A DNA stretch of 64,000 nucleotides. Source: Gnetum montanum. Lineage: Eukaryota > Plantae > Gnetophyta. The stretch spans positions 567,321 through 631,320 of the forward strand of contig MNCI01001065.1 in assembly GCA_015680685.1 (NCBI GenBank). The letters run 5' to 3'. The notes under the pieces were generated by a model that was not told the DNA's origin, did no database searches, and worked only from the letters and a program-made list of their open reading frames with translations. Below, piece by piece: positions 1 to 13,995 of this stretch (position 1 is its first letter; each line of letters opens with the position of its first letter). The position numbers and the translations under genes are program-made.

Positions 1-1063
1 TCCCATGTATTATTTTCTATTAAAGCTTGATATTTTTTCTTGCTTACGTTTCTCCAATGAGCATATTGATTTGCTTTAGAGAATGTATAAGATTCATCAT
101 CAAAAGTTTAATGAAGTTCATCTTATACTTAATGATTTTCAATTTATGTATATATATTACGTAAATGTCTAAACTTATTCAAATTTTCTTCCCCATCTAT
201 CTCAACATTTTCTTCATCATCAAACTCTTTAGATGAGTTCAAGGTACATTGATTTTATTGGTAATTTTGTGATGATGATTCATGAGTAATCACTTGTTGA
301 TTTGTAGTATCTTCTAGATAAATAGGTGAATTATCATCATCATTATTTTTACTTTTCTTCCCCAACTCCTTGCCCCTTCCTTTCAACAACATGAAGATGA
401 ATGTCCTTAAGAATGATTGCTTGTGAGGGAGCTTCAAAAAATTAAGGAATAAACATGATTTTATCTTCTATTTCAAAGAAAATGACATCATGAGATATGA
501 TGATCATGCATCTAGAGGGAATTAATACTCAATATCCTTTTTTATTAAGCATATATTTCACAAAGATAGCCTTTACAACATGAGCATCTAACTTGCTTTT
601 CTATTCTTTTGGGATGTGAATATAACATGAACATTCAAAAATATAGAGATGAGTGAGAGTTGGTTTATAATTACACCATTTCTCATATGAAGATTCTCCT
701 TTTTAACTAACTTGACTAGTGTAATTGCTTAAAAAAATTAACATGTTAATGGCTTCAACCCATAAGTAAGATTGACAACTTTATTACTTCATCATGGAAT
801 GAGCCATATCCATGATAGTCATATTCAATCTCTTAACTACACCATTTTGTTGAGGTGTACCAAGAACTATTTTATGATGATGGATATCTTCATCTTACAA
901 AAATGGGGAGAAAGCATGGAAAGTATATTCTCCTTCATTATTTGAGTGAAGAGTCTTGATAAAACAACCTAATTATTTTTCTACTTGAGCCTTGAAAGCC
1001 TTAAACATCATAAGATCATCAAAATATATTTGATTAAATAGATCCACCTACATTGGCTATAGT
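1..1063 (-). mobile_element. Degenerate Ty1/copia retrotransposon, integrase core to start of RT (3' part; continues outside window)
   Basis: Minus-strand translation gives integrase IVLGTPQQNGVV (about 840-870) and the RT-start motif KKYQALIENNTW near position 1-40. Many stops. Confidence 0.85.
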
Positions 1064-1941
1064 TGATGAGCAATGTAGCAATCCAACACCCAACCATAAA
1101 AGTCACGAGTATCCATGCATAACTTGATAATAATTTGTGGATGAGGCAATGTTAAAATGCTAGTAATTGGATTAAGTTTGAGACAGTTGTCTTCACACAT
1201 AGAGCTAGTGAAGTCTATGTGTATGATTTAGCTCCTCGTGAGGTATAGGATAGCTAATGTTGTTTGGCCAATATTACTCCTAGTGAACATGGTAAAAATG
1301 GAAATGATTTCTAAGTCTAAGTAAAATGAATAAACAATTCTATCCTAGCCTATGGCAATGTGCATTCACTCCTAATCTTTCATACACACCTTGGGCTTTG
1401 TGTAACCACTGCTGGAATACCAAGTGTACCACTATTAGGCGTACCAATTGATAGCACCACTAGGTTACCAAGAAATTACACTTAAGTGGTTGAGATCAAT
1501 TGTACTAACTTTGCTTACTAATAATAGTAACAATAAAGTGCATGAAAAAAGTAAAACATTAACTAGAAAATAGTAAACATTATTCTGAGTAACATGATAA
1601 ACTAGAAGGATACTACAATAGTGAGAAATAGCTCGATCTTTATTTCTAGACACACTTGTGCCTGAGTACAAGATGTTCAAACAAAGATGTCATTCACTAA
1701 GTCACACTACACTGTGGAAATTCATACTTCTAATTGCTAAGCCTAAGTGCATGAAATGAAATTGCAACAGTTATGTTACTAGTGGAATAAAACTTATGTA
1801 GATTGTGCATCCAGGTGTCATATTTATAAGGTTGCACACATCCCAAGATATCGTATCAATGATGATGTCACATGTGCTATGATATCGAATAAATGACATT
1901 GTTGATGTGATATCGTTGGTGATGAAAAATTGACTTTATCA
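1064..1941 (-). repeat. 3' LTR of element A
   Basis: Direct repeat of 13146-13990; adjacent to PPT at 1942-1954. Confidence 0.95.
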
Positions 1942-2148
1942 TACCCCCATGACTAACTAGAAAATTATCCTTGAGTTAAAACAAAATGAGAATATAGTCC
2001 CTTACAAAATTGGAAGGTAGATTCAACTATTTAGGATTGACTAACTATAGACAAGACACTGAATGTCACAGTGGTGTTTTATAAAGTTTAGACATAATTG
2101 TATGATAACACAACAAAATGGGATAAAACTGATGAAACCCAATGTAGC

Positions 2149-4916
2149 CTAAGTAGTGCCCACTGATGGTGGCTCCTCCATCAGCTACTTTCCCTTGTCA
2201 TCAAGCTTCTAAAACTTGCATCTATTAAGAAGCTCTTGAAGCTTCTCTTCCTTCATTTTTAGGTTAGGTACACTCCATGCTGATTGGATGATGTGTGATG
2301 GAACTAATACATCCCATGGACATGGAATTTATAAGAACATCTAATTTTCTTTTACATACCATGTCGCAAACTTCCTCCTTTGTTTTTCAAATGCTTTAGC
2401 CATTTTATGCAACTCTTGGTAATCAAACATTCTTTTGGCTAGGTTGGTTACAACATCCTTTTGCTCCTGATAGCTAGCTTTGATCGCTTCTAGTTTATAG
2501 TTTGCCACATGTAGCTTTTGTAATGCATCATTTTAATCTACAAACTCTTTTTCATACAATGCATACATGATTGCCACTTGTTATTCAAGTTCATTCCTGA
2601 GTCTGACTACTGTCAACATGGCTAAGTTAGCATATCATAGATTTTCTAACCCCATGTATTCTATTAAATCCTTAATCTATAGGTCTTTGTTCTTGATTTC
2701 TACTTAGTGGACATGAGCCATGTTATCCAGGATGCGTTGCTAGTCTAGATTCTATGCTGATATTGAATTGATTTGGGTCTTAGCCATCTAGATTTATTTT
2801 TCCTTTCTCTGTTTGTACATGTCCACTTAATTGTGGAAATGTTCCTTAAGCCTTTCATGCCTTTTTTCCTCATTTTGCGACACAGTTATTTCTATAGCTA
2901 TTTTTTATCTACTTGCATGTACCTCCTCCATGGAGAGGGTTCGATTCTCTCATGTGAGGTAACTCATATCTTAGTTGATCCTCAACAATTATTTTCTTAA
3001 TTAATGGATTCTTTCTTCAAGAATGTTTTTCTATTTTTCCACAGTGGTCAACTGAGTATTATTTGCAACCAACTATTTATTTTCCTCATGTAATGTCATG
3101 AGTGCCTTAGCATGTGTGTATGTCTATGCTTCTACTACTGAGGCATCCCATACTACCTTCTCCTTCTCTCTCTCCATATACTTATTGAGGTTGACAAGGT
3201 GACTAATGTGTTCTATTTTGAATTGGTCCAGCTAGTTAGGTGTAATGAACTAAGTGGGATCTCTCCTTTCTACCCTCAAGGTCATAAGCTTTTCATGTAA
3301 TCTGTGAACTTCATTTTCTACATGCTCCACCCTAGTTTTTACCATGACCAACTTCCCTTTGGTGGTATTTAAGTCTAACTAAACTATAGTGACATCACTT
3401 GGAATGTCAAAAATATTTTTCATAACCTATCCCACCTATAGTAATCGATCAAGCACATCTTCATGATCTATAGGAGTCATCAAGATGCTAGCTAGCATTT
3501 GAACATCTCTAGTTCCAAAAAGATTTGCTAGTGATATAATAGGAACATTAAAGAATTATTTTATGTGATCTATGATCAATTTTGTGGCTTTTGCTACATC
3601 TTGGTGCTTCATAACCATAACTATTGTTACTTCTCTAGTTTCAAGCACCACTTAGAACAATGCAATGTTTCTGAAAATCTATTATGGGCAGCCTCCCCTT
3701 CCTCCTAACAACAATGAAATTTGGCCATTGGTAGGATTCATTGAGATGGTTGACCTAACTACTTTATATAGAATTTCCTCCTCACATGTTCCTTAGCTAA
3801 TAGTCTCTACAATTTTTCACATATGACTCATTAAAAGGCCTATAATGTTATGGTAGTGCCAATGGAACTTGCTATTGTTGTTGCTCTTGTTATGGTTGTT
3901 CTTACTATTGGCCACTTGGTCCTACTTGCTATTGTTTCTAAGTACTCTGAGTGGTTTCCTCATTGCCTATTTGTTTTTCCACTTAATCCTTCTTTAGAGG
4001 CACCAACTTAAGAATTTCAACATAGGAACCATTTTAACCCTTTTTGAGGACATCATTAGTATGTTCTTGGATGTCAACTTTCTTGCACAAATTTCTAATA
4101 AGGCAAGGGAATGGAAGTATCAACTTCCCTACCTTTTTCTCCTCAACCACCATTGGATCTCAAGGTAGTAGAGGTGTGTAATATTTACATTAAACTTTTC
4201 CATTAAGATCGTACTTCCTCTAGCCACATATGTTGAAATTCTATTGAATTGTTTTGTGGGAAATAGCTGTTAAGTACCAATTTTGAAATAGATTTTCTCT
4301 TTTGTAGTTAGCTCACTATAATCTTTATCCTCTTTTCCATATGCCCACTACAACCATAGCTTCCTTACATCTGTATCAAATCTACTAGATAGTTGTGTCA
4401 CCTTTGCCCCTTCATTGGGCACATTGAGTGATTTAGCAATTTTCTTAACTGAGTCAAACATTGAGACTTCCTTAATCCTCATCATAGCATCTGCTTGTTT
4501 ATTCTTCTAGAATTGAAGTGTTTTTCCTAAGTACCAATCTCCATTTATTGTTAAACTGGGCCATAACGGAGATGATTGGAGTTGGGTTTTGATAGTATCT
4601 AAGTCAAACTCCATGAATGGGCCAAAGTTGACTTTCACAATCATAGTAGACATGATAGATTTCTCCTGAATAGTCTCAAGGAATTCAAGTGACAATGTGA
4701 ACTGCTGTGCTTATTCTAGCACTTGTGGAACTTCTGCCTCTACCTACGTAGATTGCTCTATAGTAGGGGTTTGCTGATGAATGTTGAAAGAGTGTGCCTT
4801 TTGCTTAACCTATTCTACTTTTGGGGTTTGTTCCCTCATTTAGCCTCTTCCTTGGCCTCTTGATCTTCTAATTCCCCTTTGTGAGGGTCCCTCTTCTACT
4901 TCTCTCTTTGGGCCAT
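2149..4916 (-). pseudogene. Accessory (env-position) ORF of element A, homologous to 22785-25547
   Basis: ORF 4507-4695 (IQEKSIMSTMIVKVNF...SSPLWPSL...WYLG) aligns with 22965-23153 (IHEKSTFTMVIVELNF...SSLWPTL). Shared C-terminal ending MEEP..; stop at 2149-2151. Confidence 0.8.
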
Positions 4917-5484
4917 CAGCAATCATCAAAGGTTTGGAAATTATTAAAATGTATACACCAATTCTTGATAACTCCTTTTCTTACTTGTACCCTTTGTTAG
5001 ATTAAGTTCTTAGCTTATTATGATTACAAAGTTACAAAATTTTTCAAAAAAGAACCCCCATAGATGTTATTTCCCTTTCAACCCTTTATAGTTATCAATT
5101 TTGCTCTTATTTATGATCTAAAATAGTTGGGATAGTACATTAAGAGGATTGTTTAAGTGTTTCTAGCCTTGGGTTGATTAACAAGTTAAAAAAAAAATTA
5201 TTATTCTCTTATATTTACCCTTTATGATATCTTCTAGGCATTAGGATTTTTTGGCTCAAACTTCAACGATATCATGCTAAGTAGCCATCCATGACTGAGT
5301 TAAGAGCTCTATGATCAACAAGGTTTAGGAATTTCTAAAATTGAAGCCACAAGGATCAAGTTATGAGCATTGGAAGTTAGGGTGTTAGAGCTCTTTATTG
5401 GAAAGAAAAAATGGCAAAAACTCTCTTCTTATGGAAAATGAGAAATGAATTTTTTTTTCTAACTCCCCAATGCTATATACACTA

Positions 5485-5561
5485 ATTTATATGCACGATA
5501 TCATTGATCATATATTGTACATACGATATCATAGGCCATTTGATATCATAGCTATGATATC
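5485..5561 (-). promoter_or_regulatory. Internal promoter candidate of element A accessory ORF
   Basis: GATATC at 5497, 5525, 5542 and 5556, followed on the minus strand by TATAAAT (5485-5491); same layout as the LTR U3. Confidence 0.6.
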
Positions 5562-7089
5562 ACTGTTGAAATTTTTAAATTTTTCTTGGGATTTTTGAGA
5601 AAAAGGTGAGTCAAATCAAATGTCTAGAAGATATGAAGCATGTTTATAGGATCTTGGAATAGATATGATGCTCTGGTTGCGAAAAATAAGCATTGAAAGT
5701 TTATGATAAAGGAATTTCAAACTATGAAAGTTTATTATGTATAAGATGGATGAGAAGGAAATGAATTTTTGGCATATAAATGAAGCTATTGGATGTTAAG
5801 GGAAGTATTTATTGACATTTATTGTTCATGGAACACTCAAGATGATATGGTATTATTGCGAAGTATGAAATACAATAGTTATACATGTGGATCCTCCCCA
5901 AAGCAAGCTCCAGTCCTTAGTGCCCTTGTTTAATCACACGTCAAAGTGTCTGTAGGCACTCAAGGAGTTAAATGTAATGCATACCTCTTTAGCAAAACAC
6001 ACATGTTAGTAGTACTAGGTTGGAAAAATTATGCTATATTATACAAAACCATAAGTAATGATTAATTGTATAGTGAGGTGGAATGGATTATAGGAAGGAT
6101 TTCTGAAATCAGGACATGAGGTGTCTTACCATAAGCATAATGAATTCTTGTGTATTATTTGTGGTTAAAGTAATCACAAGCCTTTTTCAAAGCTCCAAAC
6201 CAAGTCAGGACCACTATCCAGTGACATCACATTGTTTCACCTCTTATATTTATAACCATAAGACTATCACAGTTACAAGGAGTATCATCACTTGTCATTT
6301 TGTCCAAGGGAGAAGTTGATTCATTGCACTATTTTTTATTTTGAAATTTCTGAGAAGTCATCTACCTTCAAGCATGGGTAACATATCTTTCCAGTGTGAC
6401 CCCCAAAAATTTATTCTATGCACAATTTGTATTTTTATTTGTGTCAACCTTGCTAAAGTACTACCTTCATGCATGGGGTAACATGTCTTTCTAGTGACAT
6501 GCTAAGGCAACACTTATTGTACTCTTACTTCTAAGTTTTTATTTAGATCTACAAGGATATAATTACAACCTTGGTAACATGATAGAACATACAATAGTGG
6601 TCCAATAGATTCCACAAATCCCCTTGATATCACACCCTTCACATTCCCACTTGTTCTTTACTTTTCTATCTCGACATAATGATCAGAAGTTTATTCTTAG
6701 TTTTATGATGAGAAAGAATATCATTATGGCAATGGTAAAAACCTCTTATTATTGGAATTTATGGATGGATGTTGTGGTCACACTATACAAATAATCAATT
6801 TCTTATGACTTGATAACATAGAGAGATCATCACCTTATTTGAGACCACATCTTGCCTTAATCGTGGTGTTTTATTAATCATTAAATAAAAATATGTACAA
6901 GTAAAATGAAACAAGGTATGCATAAAAAAATGAAAATAATAAAAAATCATCAAAGAATTGGAAAAATGTCAAAGAACTAAGAAATTATCAAGAAATTGAA
7001 AAGTAGAAAAGAATGGAAGATTATATTAAGAAATGTGAAAAAGTAAAAAATCTAGTAAAGTATGTACGTGTCCAAATGGACACCTGCAT

Positions 7090-10000
7090 GACTATCATTA
7101 GGATTACTCAAACAAAAGAGAGAACAAGTAGAAGACTCTAGGACAGATTGAGTAGATTCCTTGGAATGTTCATGGTAGAATTTGACTTGTTGAATACTAA
7201 CAAGAAAGAGCTTTTGTGGATAGGATGGGTGATATACATGTAAGGCATCTAATGGATAAGTTTCTTGAACAATATACAGTTCCTACCAAACTATTTGAAA
7301 TTTGGCTTTTTGGGGTACATGGTTTGGATTATAATAAAGGACCTTGTCACTTGTTTTTATGAACACTTACCTTATCCATGTATCATGCCTAAGTTTGGAG
7401 TAATGTTTGTCAACTTCATTGCTCATGAGTGCTACAAGCCTATTTTCTTCTAAGAGGTTTAGGTTCATGAGGTGTTCTTCTTGAGCTAAGCTCGAGTTAA
7501 GCTCAAGTTAACTAGAAGTAGCTAAAGTGTGAATCTTTGCCTAGATCGAGAGTGTTGGTAACTTGTCATAAACTAACTCATATGGTGAGTATCCTATAGG
7601 TAATTTCCATGATGTCCTATAGGCCTATAGAGCATCATTTAGTTTAGTGCTCCAATCCTTCCTAAACCTACTAACCATCCTAGTGAGTATCCTAGTAATT
7701 TCTTGGTTAGTAACTTTAACTTGATCATTTACTTGGGGATGATATGGTGTGGTCAACTTATGGTTCACCCCAATTTATTACATGAGCTTTTTAAACATAG
7801 CACTAGTGAAGTGAGTCCCATTATCTGATATGAGCATTCTTGGTACTCCAAATCTATTCACCACATGTTGTTGGAAAACTTAGCAGCTATCTTCGCTATG
7901 CAATCTATAACTACTACTACCTCTACCCACTTTGTACAATAATCCATAGTCACAATTACATATCCTTGTCCATTTGACATTAGCATTATGGATCCCATGA
8001 AATAAATTCTCCATATATCGAATGACTCAAGTGGTTATATATGCTATTGTGGTCCTTCATATCTAGCTATAATTTCTACATCCCTTTGGTATTGTTCACA
8101 AGATTGCATGAAACTATGGGTGTATCTAAACAATGTAGGCCAAAAGTAGCCTACCATCATTAGCTTGAGTGTCATTCTACTTCCCACATAGTGGCTGCCA
8201 CATGGACCTTCATGGACATCTTGTAGAACTCTTTGTTGATCATGTTCTAGCACACATCATCTAACTAGCCCATTTGCATAGATCTTGTACAAATTATCAT
8301 TTATTTCGATATATCTTTTTACTCTATGAAGGAACTGTTCTTTTTATTTCTTATTCTGTTTAGCAAGAATCTCTTGTATCGATAGGTAGGTCAGATATTT
8401 TGTTGTCCATGGATTCCCTATAGAACTTACAACCTTCATTGTTTTGGTAAATAGGTCTTCATCAAGGAACTGGTTGAATAAAGGTTCCACTTGATCTTGG
8501 AAATCCCACTTTAGCCTTGATAAATGATTAGTTACCACATTTTCTATGTCCTTTTTATGAATTATAGTGATGTCAAATTCTTGTAGAACAATAAACCATC
8601 TAATCACTCTAGGACTAACCACTAGTTTATTCATGAAAAATCAAATGGCATTATGATTAGTATGGACATAAATTTGATACTCAAGCACATAATGTCCAAA
8701 CTTCTTCAGTGCATGCACCATAGCCATTAGCTCCTTTTCTATTATGGTGTAATTTAGTTGTGTCTTGATGATGCTTCTACTAGCATAGTGTATATAGTAT
8801 GGTCACTTCTAATCATCTAATTGTGTTAGTACTACACAAGTGCATAGTTGGAAGCATCAATCATGATGTAAAAAGGCTTGGATCAATCTAGATATTAAAG
8901 GATTAGTGTCTCAATTAGTTTCTACTTGAGAGTGTCAAATGCCTTTTTGCATGATTCTATCCATTCGAAGGGTGCATTCTTCTTAGTGAGTTCCACTCGT
9001 GATTTTGCTATCTTTGAAAAATTCTCTATGAATCTTCAATAATATCCCATATGACCCAAAAATGATCTAACATCTTTTACTATTTGTGTCCTCTAAGTGA
9101 TGTTTTTTATGACTAGTCTCTTGAAGGTGGTGGACACATTACGAAAACCAAATGGCATCTGTTTGTAAGCAAACATTCCCCATGGACTGGTGAAAATTGT
9201 TTTCTCCTGGTCCTTAGGTACAATGCAAATCTAGTTGTATCCATTGTATCCATCTAGAAAACTATAGTACTCATGTCCTATGATGGTATCCAAGACCTGG
9301 TCAAAAAATGGTAGAGGGAAGTGATCCTTGAATGTAGTAGCATTCAACAATAAAAAATCCATACAGACTCACCACTAACCCTCCCTTCTTTGGAACAATC
9401 ACTAAAGAATTGACCCATTCACTATATGCAATAGGAGATATGAATCATGCCTTTAGTAATTTATCCAATTCCTACTTGACAACTTCTTTTAGTTTAGGGT
9501 TGAGCCTTCTTTGGGGTTGCCATTGTGGTTTGATTTCAGGATCAATATATATCCAATGTTGAAAAATTCTCAGATCAATTCATGTGATCTCATCATAAGA
9601 CCATGTAAATGCTATGGGTCACTTGTTGACTACTTCTAGAAACCTCTTCTTTTCTTCTTCTTTTAAATTAATGTTGATTATTACTAACTTCTTATTGTTC
9701 AAGGAAGCATACTCTAATGTTGCCAATAGGGCCTTTAATTCCAATGGTTCTATCTCCATAGTGTCTAGGATCTCTAATTGTCCCTAGCCTATTTCTTCTT
9801 TGTAACTTATTCATGGGTAGAAGTTCATTTTCCTTAATTGCTCTAGCTTATCATCCTCTTTAATGTAGACATTAATAATTTGATCTATTGGTTCCATGTA
9901 TTTTTCAAATTCAATCTCTTTATCTATGATTAGCCATTGGATGCCTTCTTGTTATATGGTTGCCACATACAGACATTTTTGCACACATATTTCTTCTATA

Positions 10001-12997
10001 CATTTATTGCATGCCCTAGTATCTTTCTATTTAATGGCCCATATCCTCTATATAGAATGAACCCATTATCATTGTATGTGCTACATGAAACTCTTCATCT
10101 TTTTATGATGTTAGCTATATCTTCCTTCAAAATTTCCAAGGACAAGTTGCAAATACCAAGCTTAGCATTAATAATGCTAAGCCAAGATCATTCCATGATG
10201 ATTGAGAATTCTCCCTTATTTTTAATAACATGAATTACCAAAAAATATGTATAGTAAGACCAACCACTAATGGTTATGATCACATCGTCCACTTGTCCTA
10301 GTGGAACTATGATTGACTGGTATGCAAGCTGTAACCAAATGTTGCTTTTGTTCAATGATGAAAGATTCCAAGCTTGATACATGTCTTGAGAGATTAGGTT
10401 TATCCTTGACCTTGAATCAAGGAGAGCCTTACATGGCTTCTTCCTTGCTACTTGAACGTAAACTAAGGAACTTCCCAAATCTATTTGCTTCTGTGGAAGG
10501 GCTCCTGCCTTTATCCAATGGGTGATTTTTTGAGTAAGCATGACAATAGTTGTATTAGTACTTGACGATGAGAAAATTTAGTTATTCTTTAGAGGGTTGG
10601 AAATGGATGATGTGGAAGTAGATGTGATCCTCATTCTTTGAACCTTTTCAGGACTCTCTTGGAAGAATAATCATTTCTTGGATTGTGGTTCACATGTGAT
10701 AACTTCCTCTTGCATGTTGACTACCCTTGTTGCACTTTTTTTGTGGTTCAGATGACAATTTTCCATACATGATAGGAGGTGGCATCATTAGTAGAGGATT
10801 GGGATGTTTATTGGAAGAACCAACTATAGATGGATGCATGTACAAGTTTGAATCTATCCTAGCGGTGTTGGTCTGTGGTACTTAGTGGGATTATATTGTG
10901 ACAATGGCATTACCAAAAGAGATTGGACATTGTAGGTAGTATCCATATGGGTCTAGCAACTAGTATGGATATTATTGATGTGGTGGTGGCATGACCCATG
11001 ATTGGGGTTGTTGCCACTACTGATGGTATTGCTCTTATGATTATGGATAAGCTCCATTAGGATAGTATGTAGGTTGGAATTTTTGCCTATAGTTACCTTG
11101 AGGATAAGGTAAACTTTTGGGCATTTATTTCTTGATAAATTTGGGATTAAGTGCATATGCCCATTTCTTGTAAGTGTGACATTACTAGAAAATATCCTTT
11201 GGGATGTTCATATTGGCATACATCACATCCTTCATCATCTTTAGAGCTTGTGTCTAAATACTCAGCCACTAAAGCCACTTTACCCATTTTTCCAAACTCT
11301 CTCTTATTTTTCTTGTCCTTGCCTTTACCAAATATGTGCTCATTTGGCTCCTCCACCATCTTTAAAGCTGTTGTGAATTTCTCATCAACTGAGTTCCACA
11401 TTTCTCTACCTTTACTACTATATTAGTGAAAGATTTCTAGATAGGTAGAGTTTTCTTTTCAATTACCTGTTCCAAGGTCTCTTCTTCTTGTGTGTCACAA
11501 ATTCTTGCATCCCTTTTATGAATAGATGGATCTATGTTATATTCTTCTACTAATTCTCTTTTCCTTAATTCTCCTTCCTCCTTTTCCACTTGGTCAATTA
11601 ATCTCTATATATGATGGACAAACATTTTGGATAATCGACCGATCAACATAAAATCCATGACCTAGACACATGTGCAGTAGTGAATAATACCTACCCATTA
11701 CTGCATCAAGAGATTCATGAGTTACTTGCTTCCATCCTTGGATCTATTTCCATAAATTAGACACCTAGGAATAAGTTTTATATTTGTCATTCAAGAGCTT
11801 TAGCATGGTACTCCATCTTCTAATTGCTTGTAGTTCAAGTGATTTGTACTAGCTCTTGACTTCTTTCATAAGTATCCATGGGAACAACTTTAGTTTTTGC
11901 CAATCAATTTCAATATTTTGTAGGGCACATGCATCATGGAATGCTTAAATGTGCTGTTAAGGATTAGCATTGTAACCACCCTCAAATCTGGGCATATTGT
12001 TCATGTCAAGACATTTTATATGACTATCCCTTAAGTGCCTAGGTGGAATATAAATAGCTTCCTTGATGTTAATCATACTTCAAATATCCAATAGAGGTTC
12101 ATCATCATAATTAGGTTTGTGAGCTTTATTGTAGTGGTGTCCCCTTTAGTGCTTATGCCTTTCTCTATCATCTCTCTTATCCCTACATCTTCTTTGTTCA
12201 TAATCTTCATCTTCTCCATCAAAGTACCTCAGGTGATAGCCATGTTAATTATGAGTCCTTCTTTTCTCCCTATCATGATCTCGATATATTTTTCTTCTCC
12301 TATTAGAGTTCAATGATGATTAGAAAGATGAAGATGAGGTAGTGGAAGAATGGTGTTAACTTGTTTTCCTTTCATGACTATGGTGTTCTTATTTATGGAA
12401 TCCAGTAGAAACTCTTGGCCTTGAGTCCTACTTACACTTTGAATCTATTACTTCTCTTATGGGTATCTCTACTAAGGTGGAATGCAATTGTACTTTAACA
12501 AGTTCCTCCAATCAAATGATAGGTGTTTGCAAATTGACCTCATGACTCTGGTGGAGTTCCTCAACGATGAACACATCACCATCAAGTTCTTCTAAGATCA
12601 CCAAAGAGTTTATTTTCTTCCCCTCATTATGGACATGTTTAATCTCTATGATATCATCTCTTTTCACTTGCTCCTTAGTGGGCTGATAGGTCCTTATCAT
12701 GTGTTTGGAAACATGATACCCATCAAGTACATTACTTAGATTTATGTCCCTTAGAGCTATCTAAACCATGATGAACACTAAGTGTTCTAGAGGTAGAACA
12801 ATGTTACCTTAAATATCTCTCAACCTTAGTTACCTATCTTAGTGAAAGATGAAAGTAAAATCAAGATAATAAGGATCATGATGAGCATATGAAATCCTTT
12901 CTTACATTGGCATACTCCATTCTTCTTCATCATTGGTTCTATCATTACCTCTTTTTGATTCTTTGGTAGGTGGGGATTTATGTTTGATTGAAGCCAT
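7090..12997 (-). pseudogene. gag-pol of element A (disrupted)
   Basis: Protease KALLDSRSRINLI (ORF 10188-10541); RT region MPFGFRN; RNase H RWFIVLQEFDITI (8344-8634); integrase HEGPCGSH...GYFWPTLF...C..C (8044-8253). Many stops and frameshifts. Confidence 0.9.
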
Positions 12998-13145
12998 GTT
13001 GTGGTTTTTAGAAATTTTGGTTAAGTATGCTTAATTCTTGAGAATAATTATGAGATTATGAATTTTAACTTGGATTCTTAATATAACAAACTTTATAAAA
13101 TTAATTACTCAACATACATTGACACATCCTTGGCAATGATGCCAA

Positions 13146-13990
13146 TGATGAGCAATGAAGTAATCGAACATCCAACCATACAAGTCATGAGTGTCCATGC
13201 ATGGCCTAACCATAATCCATGGATGAGGCAATGTTAATATGCTAGCAATTGGGCTAAGTTTGAGACTATTGTCTTTCCACGTAGAGCTAGTGAAGTCTAT
13301 GTGTATGGTTTAGATCATCATGAGGTATATGATAGCTGATGTTGTTTGGCCATTATTACTCTTAGTGAACATGGTAAAAATGGAAATGATTTCTAAGTCT
13401 AAGTAAAACAAATAAACTATTCTATCCTAGCCTATGGCAATGAGCATCTACTCCTAATCTTCCATACACACTTTGGGCTTTGTGTAACGACTACTAGAAT
13501 ATCAAGTGTAGTGCTACTAGCTGTACCAAGAAATAACATCATTGGGTTACCAAGAAATTAGACTTAAGTAACAATAAAGTGCATGGAAAAGTAAAACATT
13601 AACTAGAAAATAGTCAACATTATTCTAAGTAAAATGATAAACTAGAAGAATGCCGCTATAGTGAGAAATAAATCGATCGTTATTTCTACTCACACATGTG
13701 GCCAAGTACAAGATGTTCAAACAAAGATGTTGTTCACTAAGTCACACTACACTACAAGCATTCACTCTTCTAATTGCTAAGCCTAAGTGCATAAAACTAA
13801 ACTGCAAGAGTTTTGTTACTAGTGGAATTAAACTTATGTGGATTGTGCACCCAAGTGTCATATTTATAAAGCTACACACATCCCATCATATCAATGATGA
13901 TGTAGCATGTGCTACGATACCGAATAAACAACATTGTTGATGTGATATTGTTGTTACGATATCGTTGGTGATGAAAAATTAACGTTATCA
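13146..13990 (-). repeat. 5' LTR of element A
   Basis: Direct repeat of 1064-1941; PBS adjacent (about 13128-13145). Confidence 0.95.
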
Positions 13991-13995
13991 ATAGT

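Larger units (their letters stand above)
1064..13990 (-). mobile_element. Full-length, decayed Athila-like Ty3/gypsy LTR retrotransposon (element A)
   Basis: Paired LTRs TGATG...TATCA; exact 5-bp TSD ATAGT (1059-1063, 13991-13995). PBS (minus) TTGGCATCATTGCCAAGG resembles the Athila tRNA-Asp PBS; PPT (minus) AGTCATGGGGGTA. Order gag-PR-RT-RH-INT, then an extra ORF. Confidence 0.95.

Noticed and set aside
6116-6319. Antisense ORF resembling 21434-21709 (ITxHFxQGRS)
   Set aside because: Differences between the copies are mostly non-synonymous and the ORF boundaries differ; better explained by non-coding conservation.
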